From Candidatus Methanomethylicia archaeon (GTDB lineage: Archaea; Thermoproteota; Methanomethylicia; CALHIW01), in assembly GCA_038845975.1 (NCBI GenBank), contig JAWBQF010000012.1:1-64000 (forward strand): 64,000 nt of DNA, read 5' to 3'. Under the pieces are notes generated by a model that was given only the letters and a program-made list of their open reading frames with translations, searched no databases and had not been told where the DNA came from. Every line of letters starts with the position of its first letter. The stretch's first letter is position 1. The position numbers and the translations under genes are program-made. This document shows, one piece after another, positions 21,493-31,068 of the stretch.

Positions 21493-23373
21493 GTGAGTAT
21501 TGATCTAGTCATAATTTATTTAGCATTTATATTCATACTTATACTTCCAGTCTTAGCAATTCATAGTTTAAAATGCGGTAAGAGACTAGGAATTGTTATT
21601 TGGTTATCTATTCTACATATGGTTTCTTTAACTTTAGCTATTATATTTATGCTTTACTATCTTGTTACTCGGAGTTTTCAGATTGTTTATGTAGCTAGCT
21701 ATACTGATCGAGACTTACCGTTGATTTATGTTGTTAGTGCATTGTGGGCTGGTCCTGAAGGATCCCTCCTCTTCTGGTCGTGGATTCTATCAGTATTCAT
21801 TACGCTACTACTTAGGAGGGGGAGGACTCTAGCATTAATAGGCTCTATAGTTATATCATCTATTAATATTTTCCTTACAGCTCTACTAATTACCGTTTCA
21901 AACCCATTTGTAAGATTTAGCTTTACACCTCAAGATGGACGGGGACTTAATCCCCTACTTCAGAATCCATATATGGCTATTCATCCTCCACTAATTTTTC
22001 TAGGTTATTCTGCTTTATCTATACCTTACGGTTTAGCTATAGCTGGTCTAGTTACTGGTGATGATGGATGGATTAATCATTCACGTATATGGGCTCTATC
22101 TGGATGGATTTTTCTAACTCTAGGTATAGTATTAGGAGCTGCATGGTCTTATATTGTTCTTGGATGGGGTGGATATTGGGCTTGGGACCCTGTTGAGAAT
22201 TCCTCTCTTATACCGTGGATTTCGTCAACAATACTTCTACATAGCATTACCGTTCAGAGAGTTAGAGGAATGATGAGGATTTGGAATATTATAATAGCTA
22301 TACTTACCTTTATAAGTATTGTTTTAGCATCATTCATAACGAGAAGCGGTATTATAGAATCTATACATGCATTTGCATCAATGAATGTAGGTATAGCTAT
22401 ATGCTGGTATATGATTGTCATGCTTACCATATCTTTATTTCTTCTAGCTAAGTATTGTGGAAAACCAGCTAGTGACAAATATTATTCACTTCTAAGTAGG
22501 GAGTTTATGGTTTTAACTAGTATTACGGTATTCATCATTATGGTATCTACTATTCTCTGGGGTACACTATACCCATTAATTATTGCTTTCATTCACGGTA
22601 TACGCGTTAGTGTTAGTTCAGGATTTTTTGAAAATATCTTTAAGCCATTATTTATAGTTGTTACTGGATTGATGGGTATATGTTCATATCTTAAGTGGAT
22701 ACATACAGATACTAGAGCTCTACTGTGGAAAATATTTATCTCTACCTTACTTGGATTAGCTTCCCTACTTATGTTAGGATGTAGTGAATATATGGTTTTA
22801 GCTGGGGGATTTGTATCAGGTTTTACTATATTATCCCACATCATCAATATTAGGAAACTTACATTTAGGAAAATAGGCTTCTCTCTTATCCATATTGGTG
22901 TAGCTCTAATACTTCTAGGATACTTAGTATCATCAACTTGTGAACGGGTTCAAACTATTAGCTTAGAAGACGAAATAGCTATCATGTCCTGCGGCTACAC
23001 GTATGTCTTGGAGGAAGTGAATAAAACTATTAGTGGACTTGATGCTGAGTATATAGCATTAATTAGAATTGGAGCCCCCACAGAATATGTAGCAGCATTA
23101 ATTGAGATTCCAGAAGCATCAGCATTACTAAAACCTTCAATAAAATATTATTATAAATTCAATACCATCCTTGCCACTCCGGATATTTGGAGTAGAGGAT
23201 GGATTGATATATATGTATCCCTACACTCAATTACTGAGAACTCCGCTAGAATAATTGTAAGATTCATACCGCTTGTAAGCCTTATATGGATTGGATGTAT
23301 AGTAATGATATGCGGCTCACTAATCCTTCTCCTAAAGCCGTTTAGACATAAAGAAACAGTTAATAGCAACTAA
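21493..23373 (+). CDS. ccmF: Cytochrome c heme lyase CcmF
   Basis: W.G.EGS.LFW, GLNPLLQ..M.IHPP, WSY..LGWGGYWAWDPVEN.S, TRSG..S.HAF. Confidence 0.95.
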   Translation: MSIDLVIIYLAFIFILILPVLAIHSLKCGKRLGIVIWLSILHMVSLTLAIIFMLYYLVTRSFQIVYVASYTDRDLPLIYVVSALWAGPEGSLLFWSWILSVFITLLLRRGRTLALIGSIVISSINIFLTALLITVSNPFVRFSFTPQDGRGLNPLLQNPYMAIHPPLIFLGYSALSIPYGLAIAGLVTGDDGWINHSRIWALSGWIFLTLGIVLGAAWSYIVLGWGGYWAWDPVENSSLIPWISSTILLHSITVQRVRGMMRIWNIIIAILTFISIVLASFITRSGIIESIHAFASMNVGIAICWYMIVMLTISLFLLAKYCGKPASDKYYSLLSREFMVLTSITVFIIMVSTILWGTLYPLIIAFIHGIRVSVSSGFFENIFKPLFIVVTGLMGICSYLKWIHTDTRALLWKIFISTLLGLASLLMLGCSEYMVLAGGFVSGFTILSHIINIRKLTFRKIGFSLIHIGVALILLGYLVSSTCERVQTISLEDEIAIMSCGYTYVLEEVNKTISGLDAEYIALIRIGAPTEYVAALIEIPEASALLKPSIKYYYKFNTILATPDIWSRGWIDIYVSLHSITENSARIIVRFIPLVSLIWIGCIVMICGSLILLLKPFRHKETVNSN

Positions 23374-23483
23374 AACCAATACAGATATCCCTAATCATTT
23401 AAAATAAAACCTATCTTGCTTGAACAGTATCCTTAATTTTTAAAACAAACATTTATATATATGTATATATTCAGAGGAGTTGG

Positions 23484-25673
23484 GTGGTTAGAATTAAAAA
23501 ACGAATTATAACCTTATCATACCTAGTACTTTTAATGGTTTTATTCGTATCAGTTTTAGCTCCTTCGATTTTACAGGTATATGCATCACCTCCCCCTACT
23601 TGGCCTACTTCATGGATTCAAATTGACTGGGATAAGAATGAAAATGGACCGCAAGACGATTGGCGAGATGTGGAATATGCATATTATAATTTCGATAGTA
23701 GTTATTTGTATCTACGGCTTAAATGCTATGATGTTCCTGGCAAAAATTGGCCGCAAGGAGATGCCCGTTATAAGTGGTTCATAGACTTGGATGGTAATCT
23801 TCATGTGAGTGGTGGAAACGTTATAGAGGCGGAATATCTACTCTTTGTTGAAGATACTGACAACGACGGAAATGGAGAACTATACCTACTATTTGATCAG
23901 AATAACAATGGCGACTTTGAGGAATATGAACCAAAAAACTATCTTAACTATAAGATAATTGATGCCAATATTGGAGGTTGGAGGATAATCAGTCAATATA
24001 TAGATATGTATATAAGTTGGAGTAGTCTCGGAAATCCATCTTCTTATGGATTATTCTGGGCTACAGATCAGGAGAATCCTAATCTTAATCAAGCTCCAAC
24101 AACCGATACTAGAGATGAGGAGACAGTTATCATTGTTCATGATGTTGCTGCAATAAGTCAATCAGTAAATGCAACAGAGGTAAAACAGGGAGATACCGTG
24201 GAAATAACCGTTGTTGTTAAAAACCTTGGAGACTTTACTGAAACCTTTAATGTAGCATGCTACTATGACGATACATCTATAGGACAGCCACAAACAGTAG
24301 AGAACTTAAATTCTGGAGAAGAGAGAAACCTAAAATTCTATTGGGATACTTCTAGCGTTCAGCCTGGCGTTTACTTTATTAAGGCTTTTGCAGATTCAAG
24401 CAAAGATATAACTGAGTATAACGAGGAGAATAATAACTGCACCATGATTACACCAGTAACTGTAGTAGCGCAGCCAGGAATATTGGATGTGGATAAGGTT
24501 TTGGTTAGTGGTCCATTACCAGCAGTTGTAGGTAGAGAAGCAGTTTACGAGATATTGATTGTAGTATCTAACGTTGGAGGAAGCGAAATAGTAAAAGTTA
24601 ACGTTACCGATACTATTAGTGAAGGAATAATCTTAGATTTAAAACCAAGTCAAGGAAGTGCGGGAAGGGAGAATACTAACGGGATAGTCTGGAATGTAGG
24701 TGATTTAGATGTGGGTGAATCTGCAAATTTAATTTTTACTATCCAATTTACACCTAGCGTAAGTGGTGTTTACACTCTAAACTATGGAAAAAATCTTGAG
24801 GCTAAGGGTATATCTAATGGACAAGAAGTTTCAGATAGAGGTGACCGGGATGTAATGATTAATGCTGTTAAACGTGATTTAGCTGCCGTTAGCCAAACTC
24901 CCTTAAAAGATATTGTAGTTCAAGGCGAGCTTGTGGGAATAGATGTTGTTGTTGAAAACCTTGGAGACTTTACTGAAACCTTTAATGTAGCATGCTACTA
25001 TAACAATAAACCTATACAGCCGATAAGCATCATAAGAGTGTTAAACCTAGAGTCAGGTGGAAGTGAAACAATAAGGTTTATTTGGAATACAACGGGTGTA
25101 CCGCCTGGAACCTATTGCATAAAGGCTTTTGCCGATAGTGGACGTGAAATAGATGAAAGCGATGAAAACAACAATAACTGCACCTCCACCACATGTGTAA
25201 AAATAGTGATTCATGATATAGTAGCAGTAAGTCAGACTCCACATCCAGAAAAGGTTGTTCAAGGTGAAACCGTAACTATAAAGGTCGAGGTGAGGAATGA
25301 TGGGACTGAAACGGAATCTTTCAAGGTGAGATGCTACTATTATGGTGTGCTTGAATGCTGCCAAGGCATAAAAGTCATTGATCTAGCTCCAGGTGAAAGT
25401 AGAGTATTAGATTTTGTATGGGATACTGCGAATATATCTCCTGGAATCTATTATATAGAGGCTCGTGCACTTCCGGTTGAAGGTGAGCTGGATACTGAGG
25501 ACAATGTATGCATGAGCCGGGCAAGTGTGATAATTAAAGCTCCACCTGTTGGAGGAGTGGTAGTCAGTCAGTTTCAACTACAAACATTAACAGCTCTAAT
25601 AGCTGTCATAGTAGCTGCAATAATAGTTGGTATGGTGGCATTTAGGAAATTTAAGGTTAGAAGAATCCCATAG
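23484..25673 (+). CDS. Secreted, membrane-anchored surface protein with CARDB/Ig-like repeats
   Basis: Signal peptide; three HD.A.SQ..QG..V..V.N.G..TE.F.V..YY..W.T..PG.Y.I.A..E..NN repeats; DUF11-like insert; C-terminal PVGG + TM + basic tail. Confidence 0.82.
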   Translation: MVRIKKRIITLSYLVLLMVLFVSVLAPSILQVYASPPPTWPTSWIQIDWDKNENGPQDDWRDVEYAYYNFDSSYLYLRLKCYDVPGKNWPQGDARYKWFIDLDGNLHVSGGNVIEAEYLLFVEDTDNDGNGELYLLFDQNNNGDFEEYEPKNYLNYKIIDANIGGWRIISQYIDMYISWSSLGNPSSYGLFWATDQENPNLNQAPTTDTRDEETVIIVHDVAAISQSVNATEVKQGDTVEITVVVKNLGDFTETFNVACYYDDTSIGQPQTVENLNSGEERNLKFYWDTSSVQPGVYFIKAFADSSKDITEYNEENNNCTMITPVTVVAQPGILDVDKVLVSGPLPAVVGREAVYEILIVVSNVGGSEIVKVNVTDTISEGIILDLKPSQGSAGRENTNGIVWNVGDLDVGESANLIFTIQFTPSVSGVYTLNYGKNLEAKGISNGQEVSDRGDRDVMINAVKRDLAAVSQTPLKDIVVQGELVGIDVVVENLGDFTETFNVACYYNNKPIQPISIIRVLNLESGGSETIRFIWNTTGVPPGTYCIKAFADSGREIDESDENNNNCTSTTCVKIVIHDIVAVSQTPHPEKVVQGETVTIKVEVRNDGTETESFKVRCYYYGVLECCQGIKVIDLAPGESRVLDFVWDTANISPGIYYIEARALPVEGELDTEDNVCMSRASVIIKAPPVGGVVVSQFQLQTLTALIAVIVAAIIVGMVAFRKFKVRRIP
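24220..25001 (+). repeat. Perfect 47-bp direct repeat (24220-24266 and 24955-25001) within the CARDB repeats
   Basis: AAAACCTTGGAGACTTTACTGAAACCTTTAATGTAGCATGCTACTAT occurs twice. Confidence 0.9.
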
Positions 25674-25704
25674 CTTAGATTTAAACCCTATTTTATTTTT
25701 GGAT

Positions 25705-26100
25705 TAGCTAAGTATATTAGCTATAATCCCATGCGGGGTCAAGTCATACTCTCCATATTTTTGAGTAGCCTTACTATAGCTTAACTTCTCAATGTAGACT
25801 AGTTTAATTAGTGTTAATGTGGTTTTATCCGTATATTCCAGGCTTACATAGCCATCTCACGTTGTTATTGATTTTACACTTCTTTCAAAAGCCTTTCTAT
25901 AGCATGATTAGAGTTTGTACCGTTGCATTTCATTAATATTATGGTTGAACCCTTAAGCCCATCTTCATTCTTGAGAAGATTAGTGTATGGAGTGAAACAT
26001 GGATCTTCACTTCTATTGAAGATCTAAGCCTCCTGTATGCACCGTAGAGCTACTCAAGAAGGTATTGTTCTGAACTATATCTTTTAGTACTGAAAGGGTT
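25705..26100 (-). pseudogene. Decayed paralogue of the 32628-33438 protein
   Basis: Reverse strand reads FSTKRYS..YLLE*LYGA..GLKGSTIILMKCNGTNSNHAIERL..*DGYVSLEYTDKTTLTL, matching the 32881 ORF. Confidence 0.75.
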
Positions 26101-26240
26101 TTGATCCGGGAGATTTAAATTAATATCTAAGATAGCTTGAAATATTTCGTTATTTCCAATATTTCTCAAATACTTTGCTTTCTATACGATATTTAGTAGT
26201 GAAGATGTAATATTTTAAAGGGGGATTTAGTGGAGGATTT

Positions 26241-27407
26241 TTAGACTTCATAGTATTTTGCGTAGAGAATTATACCTATTACTAAGATGGCTATACATGA
26301 AATGGAAACTATTGTGAAATCTAGCAGTATGGATTGGCTGGTGATGGCGGCTCCTCTTAGAAAAAGCGAGGTTAAAGCATTAGTTACATAATAGCTCGGT
26401 ATAAATTTACTAACTATCTGAGCTGTGGAGGAAAGTGAAGCGCCGATAAAGGTGCCTAGGAAGAGCTGGGGTAACACAAAGATGAACGCCAGTCCAGTAG
26501 CTGCACTAGATGTTTTGGCGATTGTAGCTGTAATTAGGCCAAAACCCACGTTAGATAGGGAAAAGACCAATACAATTGTAAAAGCTAATATGTATGCTGA
26601 AAAATCTATGTTTGGTTTGAACCCTATAAGATAAGCTGAAACGAAGACCATGATTACTTGAATTAGGGCTATGAGCATATATGATGAGGCTTGGCTTGTC
26701 ATGAATTCCGTTGAGGTTGTAGGGGTTACTTGTATTCTCTTCAGCATACCGATTTCGTGGTCGTGAGTGAAGGACTGAGCTACTATCATTATGAGGAAAA
26801 TTGAAGCAAAGGTAAACATACCAGGCGCCATAAACTCAAAGGAGGAAACTTGTTTTGCCTCTATTAAGGAGGCAATTTGTAGGCTTATTGGAGTTGAAGC
26901 TTGCTGAGTATTGCCTATAAACGCATTTAGAACTTGCTGAATGATTAGCGGTATGGCTTGTGTTGCTACAACTGAGCCTTTGTCAATGTGGAGTGGGATA
27001 GTTGCATTTATCCATCTACCTGGATTATCTGGCGCTAAGTGATAGGAAGCTAGGCTTTAGCTGAAAGTATTTGGAATAACTATGATTGCTTGAACTTTAC
27101 CTTGGGAGAGATAGTTTTGAGCTATTTGACTGCCAGCATAAATTCGTATGCTTAATATTTCCATGCTGGATGATGTGTCGATGAATAACTGTGTATAATT
27201 TGATATATTTACATAGTCCATGTTGATTACACCTACAACGTAGACAGGCTGCATACTCCCAAAACCTCCGAAGGCAATGCCGAAAGCCAAGACAAAAATT
27301 ACTGGGAAAAGAAAAATCATGAAAAGAACAGCTGATTCATGGAAGGTTTTCTTAAGTTCCTTCTTTGTTAAAGCGGAAACTCGCTGAAGCTTCATTCTAG
27401 AGCTCAC
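26241..27407 (-). pseudogene. ABC-2 type exporter permease with in-frame TAA
   Basis: ORFs 27057-27407 and 26241-26831 share a frame, and the sequence between them reads open after a single TAA at 27057-27059. Confidence 0.82.
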
Positions 27408-28142
27408 CCCTTATTCTTCGTCCAGTAAACTTAATGAAAACTTCCTCTAGATTTCTTACATTGTTTTTCATAATCAATTCCTTTGGTGAATCTAGTGCTA
27501 TGAGTTTTCCATAATCAATTATGCCAATGCGGTCACAGAGTGTTTCAACCTCCTCCATGTAATGGGTAGTTAGAAAGATAGTTTTACCTTCTCTCTTAAG
27601 CCCCATCATAAAATCCCAGACAGCACGACGTGACTGGGGATCCATACCTATTGTAGGTTCATCCAGAAATATTATTTGCGGATCATGGATTAATGCCAGT
27701 ATTAGGCTTAGTCTACGTTTCATACCGCCACTGTATTTTTCAGCTTTTCTTTTTGCATCTTGAGTAAGCCCATCTTTTCAAGAAGTACTTCTCTTCTTTT
27801 CTTAAGCGTATTTCTATCTAGAACGTATAAATTTCCGAAAAGCTCTATGTTCTCTATACCTGTTAAATAAGGATAAACTGCAGTTTTCTGAGGGCAGACA
27901 CCTATTAAATTTTTAATTTTTACATTTTCCTTCTGAGCATCATAGCCACCTATTATAGCATAACCGCTTGTAGGCTTTAAAAGCCTAGAGAGAATATTTA
28001 TAATTGTAGTTTTACCTGCGCCATTAGGACCAAGAAGACCGAAAAACTCTCCACTCCACACATTTAAGCTAACACCATTAACAGCGGTGATGTCGCCAAA
28101 TCTTTTAAAAAGATTATCTATGAATATTGCTGAATTACTCAT
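27397..28142 (-). pseudogene. ABC-2 type exporter ATPase, frameshifted
   Basis: Walker A GPNGAGKT lies in 27720-28142; the YSGGMKRRL signature and LDEPT are in another frame; a 1-bp deletion near 27763 explains the split. Confidence 0.85.
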
Positions 28143-28325
28143 GATTTTAACATCTTCATATATAAAATATGATACAACTATATGAATCTATCTATAAAAT
28201 TCTTGTAAACCTAAGTTCTTAACCATATGTATTTTACGTTTTAAGCTTTTTAGACTACTCGTTACCGTTGTTTAAGCTTCTTTAATTTAGGCTGCTAAAA
28301 TTTATGAATATTTAGAAGGATAATC

Positions 28326-29264
28326 TCATAGTTTAAAACGGAATCTTAATAGTTGATCAGACTGTATTCCGCGTGTTAGTCCTAGTTTTTCAGCTAGCTT
28401 TACTACTTTATGGTATTCATCCCATGTTATATGTCTATTTAACTCCTTATATTTATGAGCTTCTCCTGCAGGCCAGTATTGGGACATAATGTTTACATAG
28501 CTATTTCTAGATATTTCCTCAGCAATAAATCTTAATACTTTCTCGCTTCCTGCAAGATTGTTTGGGAGTACTAGATGTCTTATTATTAATCCTCTATAAG
28601 CTATTCCTCTATCATCAACTTCTAAATCACCAACTTGTCTATGCATTTCCTTTAAAGCTATTTTAGCAACTTCAAAATAGTCAGGAGCATTAGAATACTT
28701 CTTTGCAGGTTCAGTATCGCCGTACTTTACATCAGGCATGTAAATATCTACTATTCCATCCAGTAGCTTTATTACTTCAACATCCTCATATCCACTACAG
28801 TTCCATACAATAGGTAGCCTTAAACCCTTAGATGAAGCTATTCTAACTGCTTTAACTAGCTGTGGAGTAAAGTGGGTTGGAGTAACAAAGTTTATATTGT
28901 GGCATCCTCTCCTCTGAAGATCAAGCATATATCTAGCTACATCTTCCTCGTTTACTACATCACCTATTCCTAAATGACTTATCTCATAGTTTTGACAGTA
29001 GATACATCTAAGGTTACAGTTAGTTAGAAATATAGTTCCAGAACCTCCAGTTCCAACTAGTACGTCCTCCTCGCCGAAATGTGGACCATAGCTTGAAACC
29101 ATAGGCTTTAATCCAGATCTACAATATCCCTTCTCCCCTTTCAATCTATTAACTTTACACTTTCTAGGACATAGCCTACAAGACTCTAAAATACCGTAGA
29201 GTATTTCAATTCTTCTATCTAACTCCCCGCTTTCAAGCAGATTAAGATAGCTAGGCCTATACAT
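28326..29264 (-). CDS. pflX: Radical SAM protein, PflX-like
   Basis: CRLCPRKC, HFGEE, CNLRCIYCQN, DIYMPD.KY, RHLVLP. Confidence 0.88.
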   Translation of the reverse strand: MYRPSYLNLLESGELDRRIEILYGILESCRLCPRKCKVNRLKGEKGYCRSGLKPMVSSYGPHFGEEDVLVGTGGSGTIFLTNCNLRCIYCQNYEISHLGIGDVVNEEDVARYMLDLQRRGCHNINFVTPTHFTPQLVKAVRIASSKGLRLPIVWNCSGYEDVEVIKLLDGIVDIYMPDVKYGDTEPAKKYSNAPDYFEVAKIALKEMHRQVGDLEVDDRGIAYRGLIIRHLVLPNNLAGSEKVLRFIAEEISRNSYVNIMSQYWPAGEAHKYKELNRHITWDEYHKVVKLAEKLGLTRGIQSDQLLRFRFKL

Positions 29265-29343
29265 CAGTATTTAAAGCCATAACTAAATAAAAATTTAACC
29301 CCTAATGAAGCATATAGTCTACATAGCTAAAGCTAATTGATTA

Positions 29344-29363
29344 GATACTGTTACGTTTAGGTT
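29344..29363 (+). repeat. IS6-type terminal inverted repeat related to the element at 1-278
   Basis: GATACTGTTACGTTTAGGTT is the reverse complement of 259-278 with 1 mismatch. Confidence 0.6.
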
Positions 29364-29636
29364 TTTGAGGGGTTTTGAGAAGTAAAATATTGATTTCTCT
29401 ACTTAGCTCTCCATTACTAATTTATAGCTAAGACTATATGTTAATGTTTCAATTTAGACTTAAATAAAGTTAGCTCTAATCTTTTCATCACTTTCTCCTC
29501 TACATTATAGTTAGTGTTTCTGTGTTGGTTGTCTTTTAGCTTAGAGTAAGAAAGCTGATGGGCTTCTAGTTTACTTGAGGCTTTAAATAAATTGTTAATT
29601 TAGAATGGGAGAAGTGGAAATTAGGGTTTAATGTAT

Positions 29637-30995
29637 CTATAATACTATGAAGATTCTTAAATCCATTACATTTGTTCCTGTAGGTTCAGTGTAAATTGCA
29701 TCCTTCAATCTTTTCAGAGCATGTGATGAATTATGCTTTACTATTTGTTCATTAATATCTATCCCTACTTCTCTTGCCCTTCTAACAGTATATCCGTCAA
29801 CAACTCCACCAGCAATATCTGTTGGACCATCAGTTCCATCAGTAGCTATAGATACAAAAACTACTTGTTTAATATCCTCTATCATTGTGGAGAAGGAGAG
29901 AGCTAATTCCTGGTTACGTCCTCCTTCACCTCCCTCATTAGTTATTGTTACTGTTGTTTCACCACCTGTAATTACAGCGCATGGGGGAGGGATTGGTCGC
30001 TTATTCTTAATTATTTCCTTAGCGATACCTGCTAGAACAATCCCTACATCCTTACTTTCCCCTTCAATTACCGTTGAAAGAATCATTGAGTTTAATCCAA
30101 GCTCTCTTGCTCTTCTATCAGCAGCTTCACAAACCATCTCAGCATTACCAATTATGAAATTATGTATTTTCATCTCTTGAAAATCGTTTGGCTTCAACGT
30201 TTCTAAACTTTTATCTTTTAAGCCCTTTTCAAGATGTTTCTTTATGGAGGATGGGGCTTTATCATAGAGACCGTATTTCTTCAGAACGTAAATAGCATCT
30301 TGGAATGTTGATGTATCAGGTACTGTCGGCCCCCAGGGTAGACCAGTAACCTCATCGACAACTATAAGGTTAATTATTTCTGCTGGATGAATGTATTGAG
30401 CTAAACGACCACCCTTTATTAGTGAAATATGGTTTCTAACAGTATTTATTTCATTTATTCTTGCACCGCATTTTAAAAGCATATCTGTTATTCTTATCTT
30501 ATCCTCTAGGGGAATTCCTTCTACAGGTAATGGTAGTAATGCAGATGCTCCACCAGTAATACAAACAAAAACTATATCTCCCTCTCCAGCATCTTTAACT
30601 AGATTTAGTATTGATTTCGCTGCTTCATAGCCGTCTTGATCCGGTAGGGGATGTCCAGCTTCTACAACCTTAATTCTCTTAAGCTTTCTACCTTGACCTC
30701 TTTTTTCAACTATAATTCCATCCTTAACCCTATCATTTAGAATCTTCTCTAAAGCTTCAGCTATAAATACTGATCCTTTTCCTGCTCCAATAACATAAAT
30801 ACTACCAGTTCTAGATAGTGAATACTGTAAGTCGCCAATTCTTAAAATATTTCCATTATCAATCCTTATAAGCTCTTCAACACGCTTCCTCGAATTCATT
30901 GCTTCAATAGCGTACTCAACAATATCTAATACTAGATTTCTCCCAGCTATATTACCGTGAGAAAGCAGTTCAGCTTTATTCCTTATAATCCCCAT
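29637..30995 (-). CDS. Glycerate 2-kinase (MOFRL) family protein, divergent paralogue
   Basis: GAGK, GHPLPD, TGGASAL, GGETTV, GGRNQE, TDGTDG, TGTNVMD; ATG 30995 follows GGGTGG (ORF-track start 31010). Confidence 0.85.
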   Translation of the reverse strand: MGIIRNKAELLSHGNIAGRNLVLDIVEYAIEAMNSRKRVEELIRIDNGNILRIGDLQYSLSRTGSIYVIGAGKGSVFIAEALEKILNDRVKDGIIVEKRGQGRKLKRIKVVEAGHPLPDQDGYEAAKSILNLVKDAGEGDIVFVCITGGASALLPLPVEGIPLEDKIRITDMLLKCGARINEINTVRNHISLIKGGRLAQYIHPAEIINLIVVDEVTGLPWGPTVPDTSTFQDAIYVLKKYGLYDKAPSSIKKHLEKGLKDKSLETLKPNDFQEMKIHNFIIGNAEMVCEAADRRARELGLNSMILSTVIEGESKDVGIVLAGIAKEIIKNKRPIPPPCAVITGGETTVTITNEGGEGGRNQELALSFSTMIEDIKQVVFVSIATDGTDGPTDIAGGVVDGYTVRRAREVGIDINEQIVKHNSSHALKRLKDAIYTEPTGTNVMDLRIFIVL

Positions 30996-31037
30996 TAATC
31001 CACCCTTCAAACTAGGATCCTGCTTAAAATTAAACTA

Positions 31038-31051
31038 AAATTTATAAATTT
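31038..31051. promoter_or_regulatory. Palindromic TATA element in the divergent kinase/enolase promoter
   Basis: Perfect palindrome AAATTTATAAATTT in the short intergenic gap. Confidence 0.55.
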
Positions 31052-31068
31052 ATATGTATTGGATATGT

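Noticed and set aside
27057-27059. In-frame stop as possible recoding
   Set aside because: It is TAA, and the partner ATPase is also broken; simple pseudogenisation fits.
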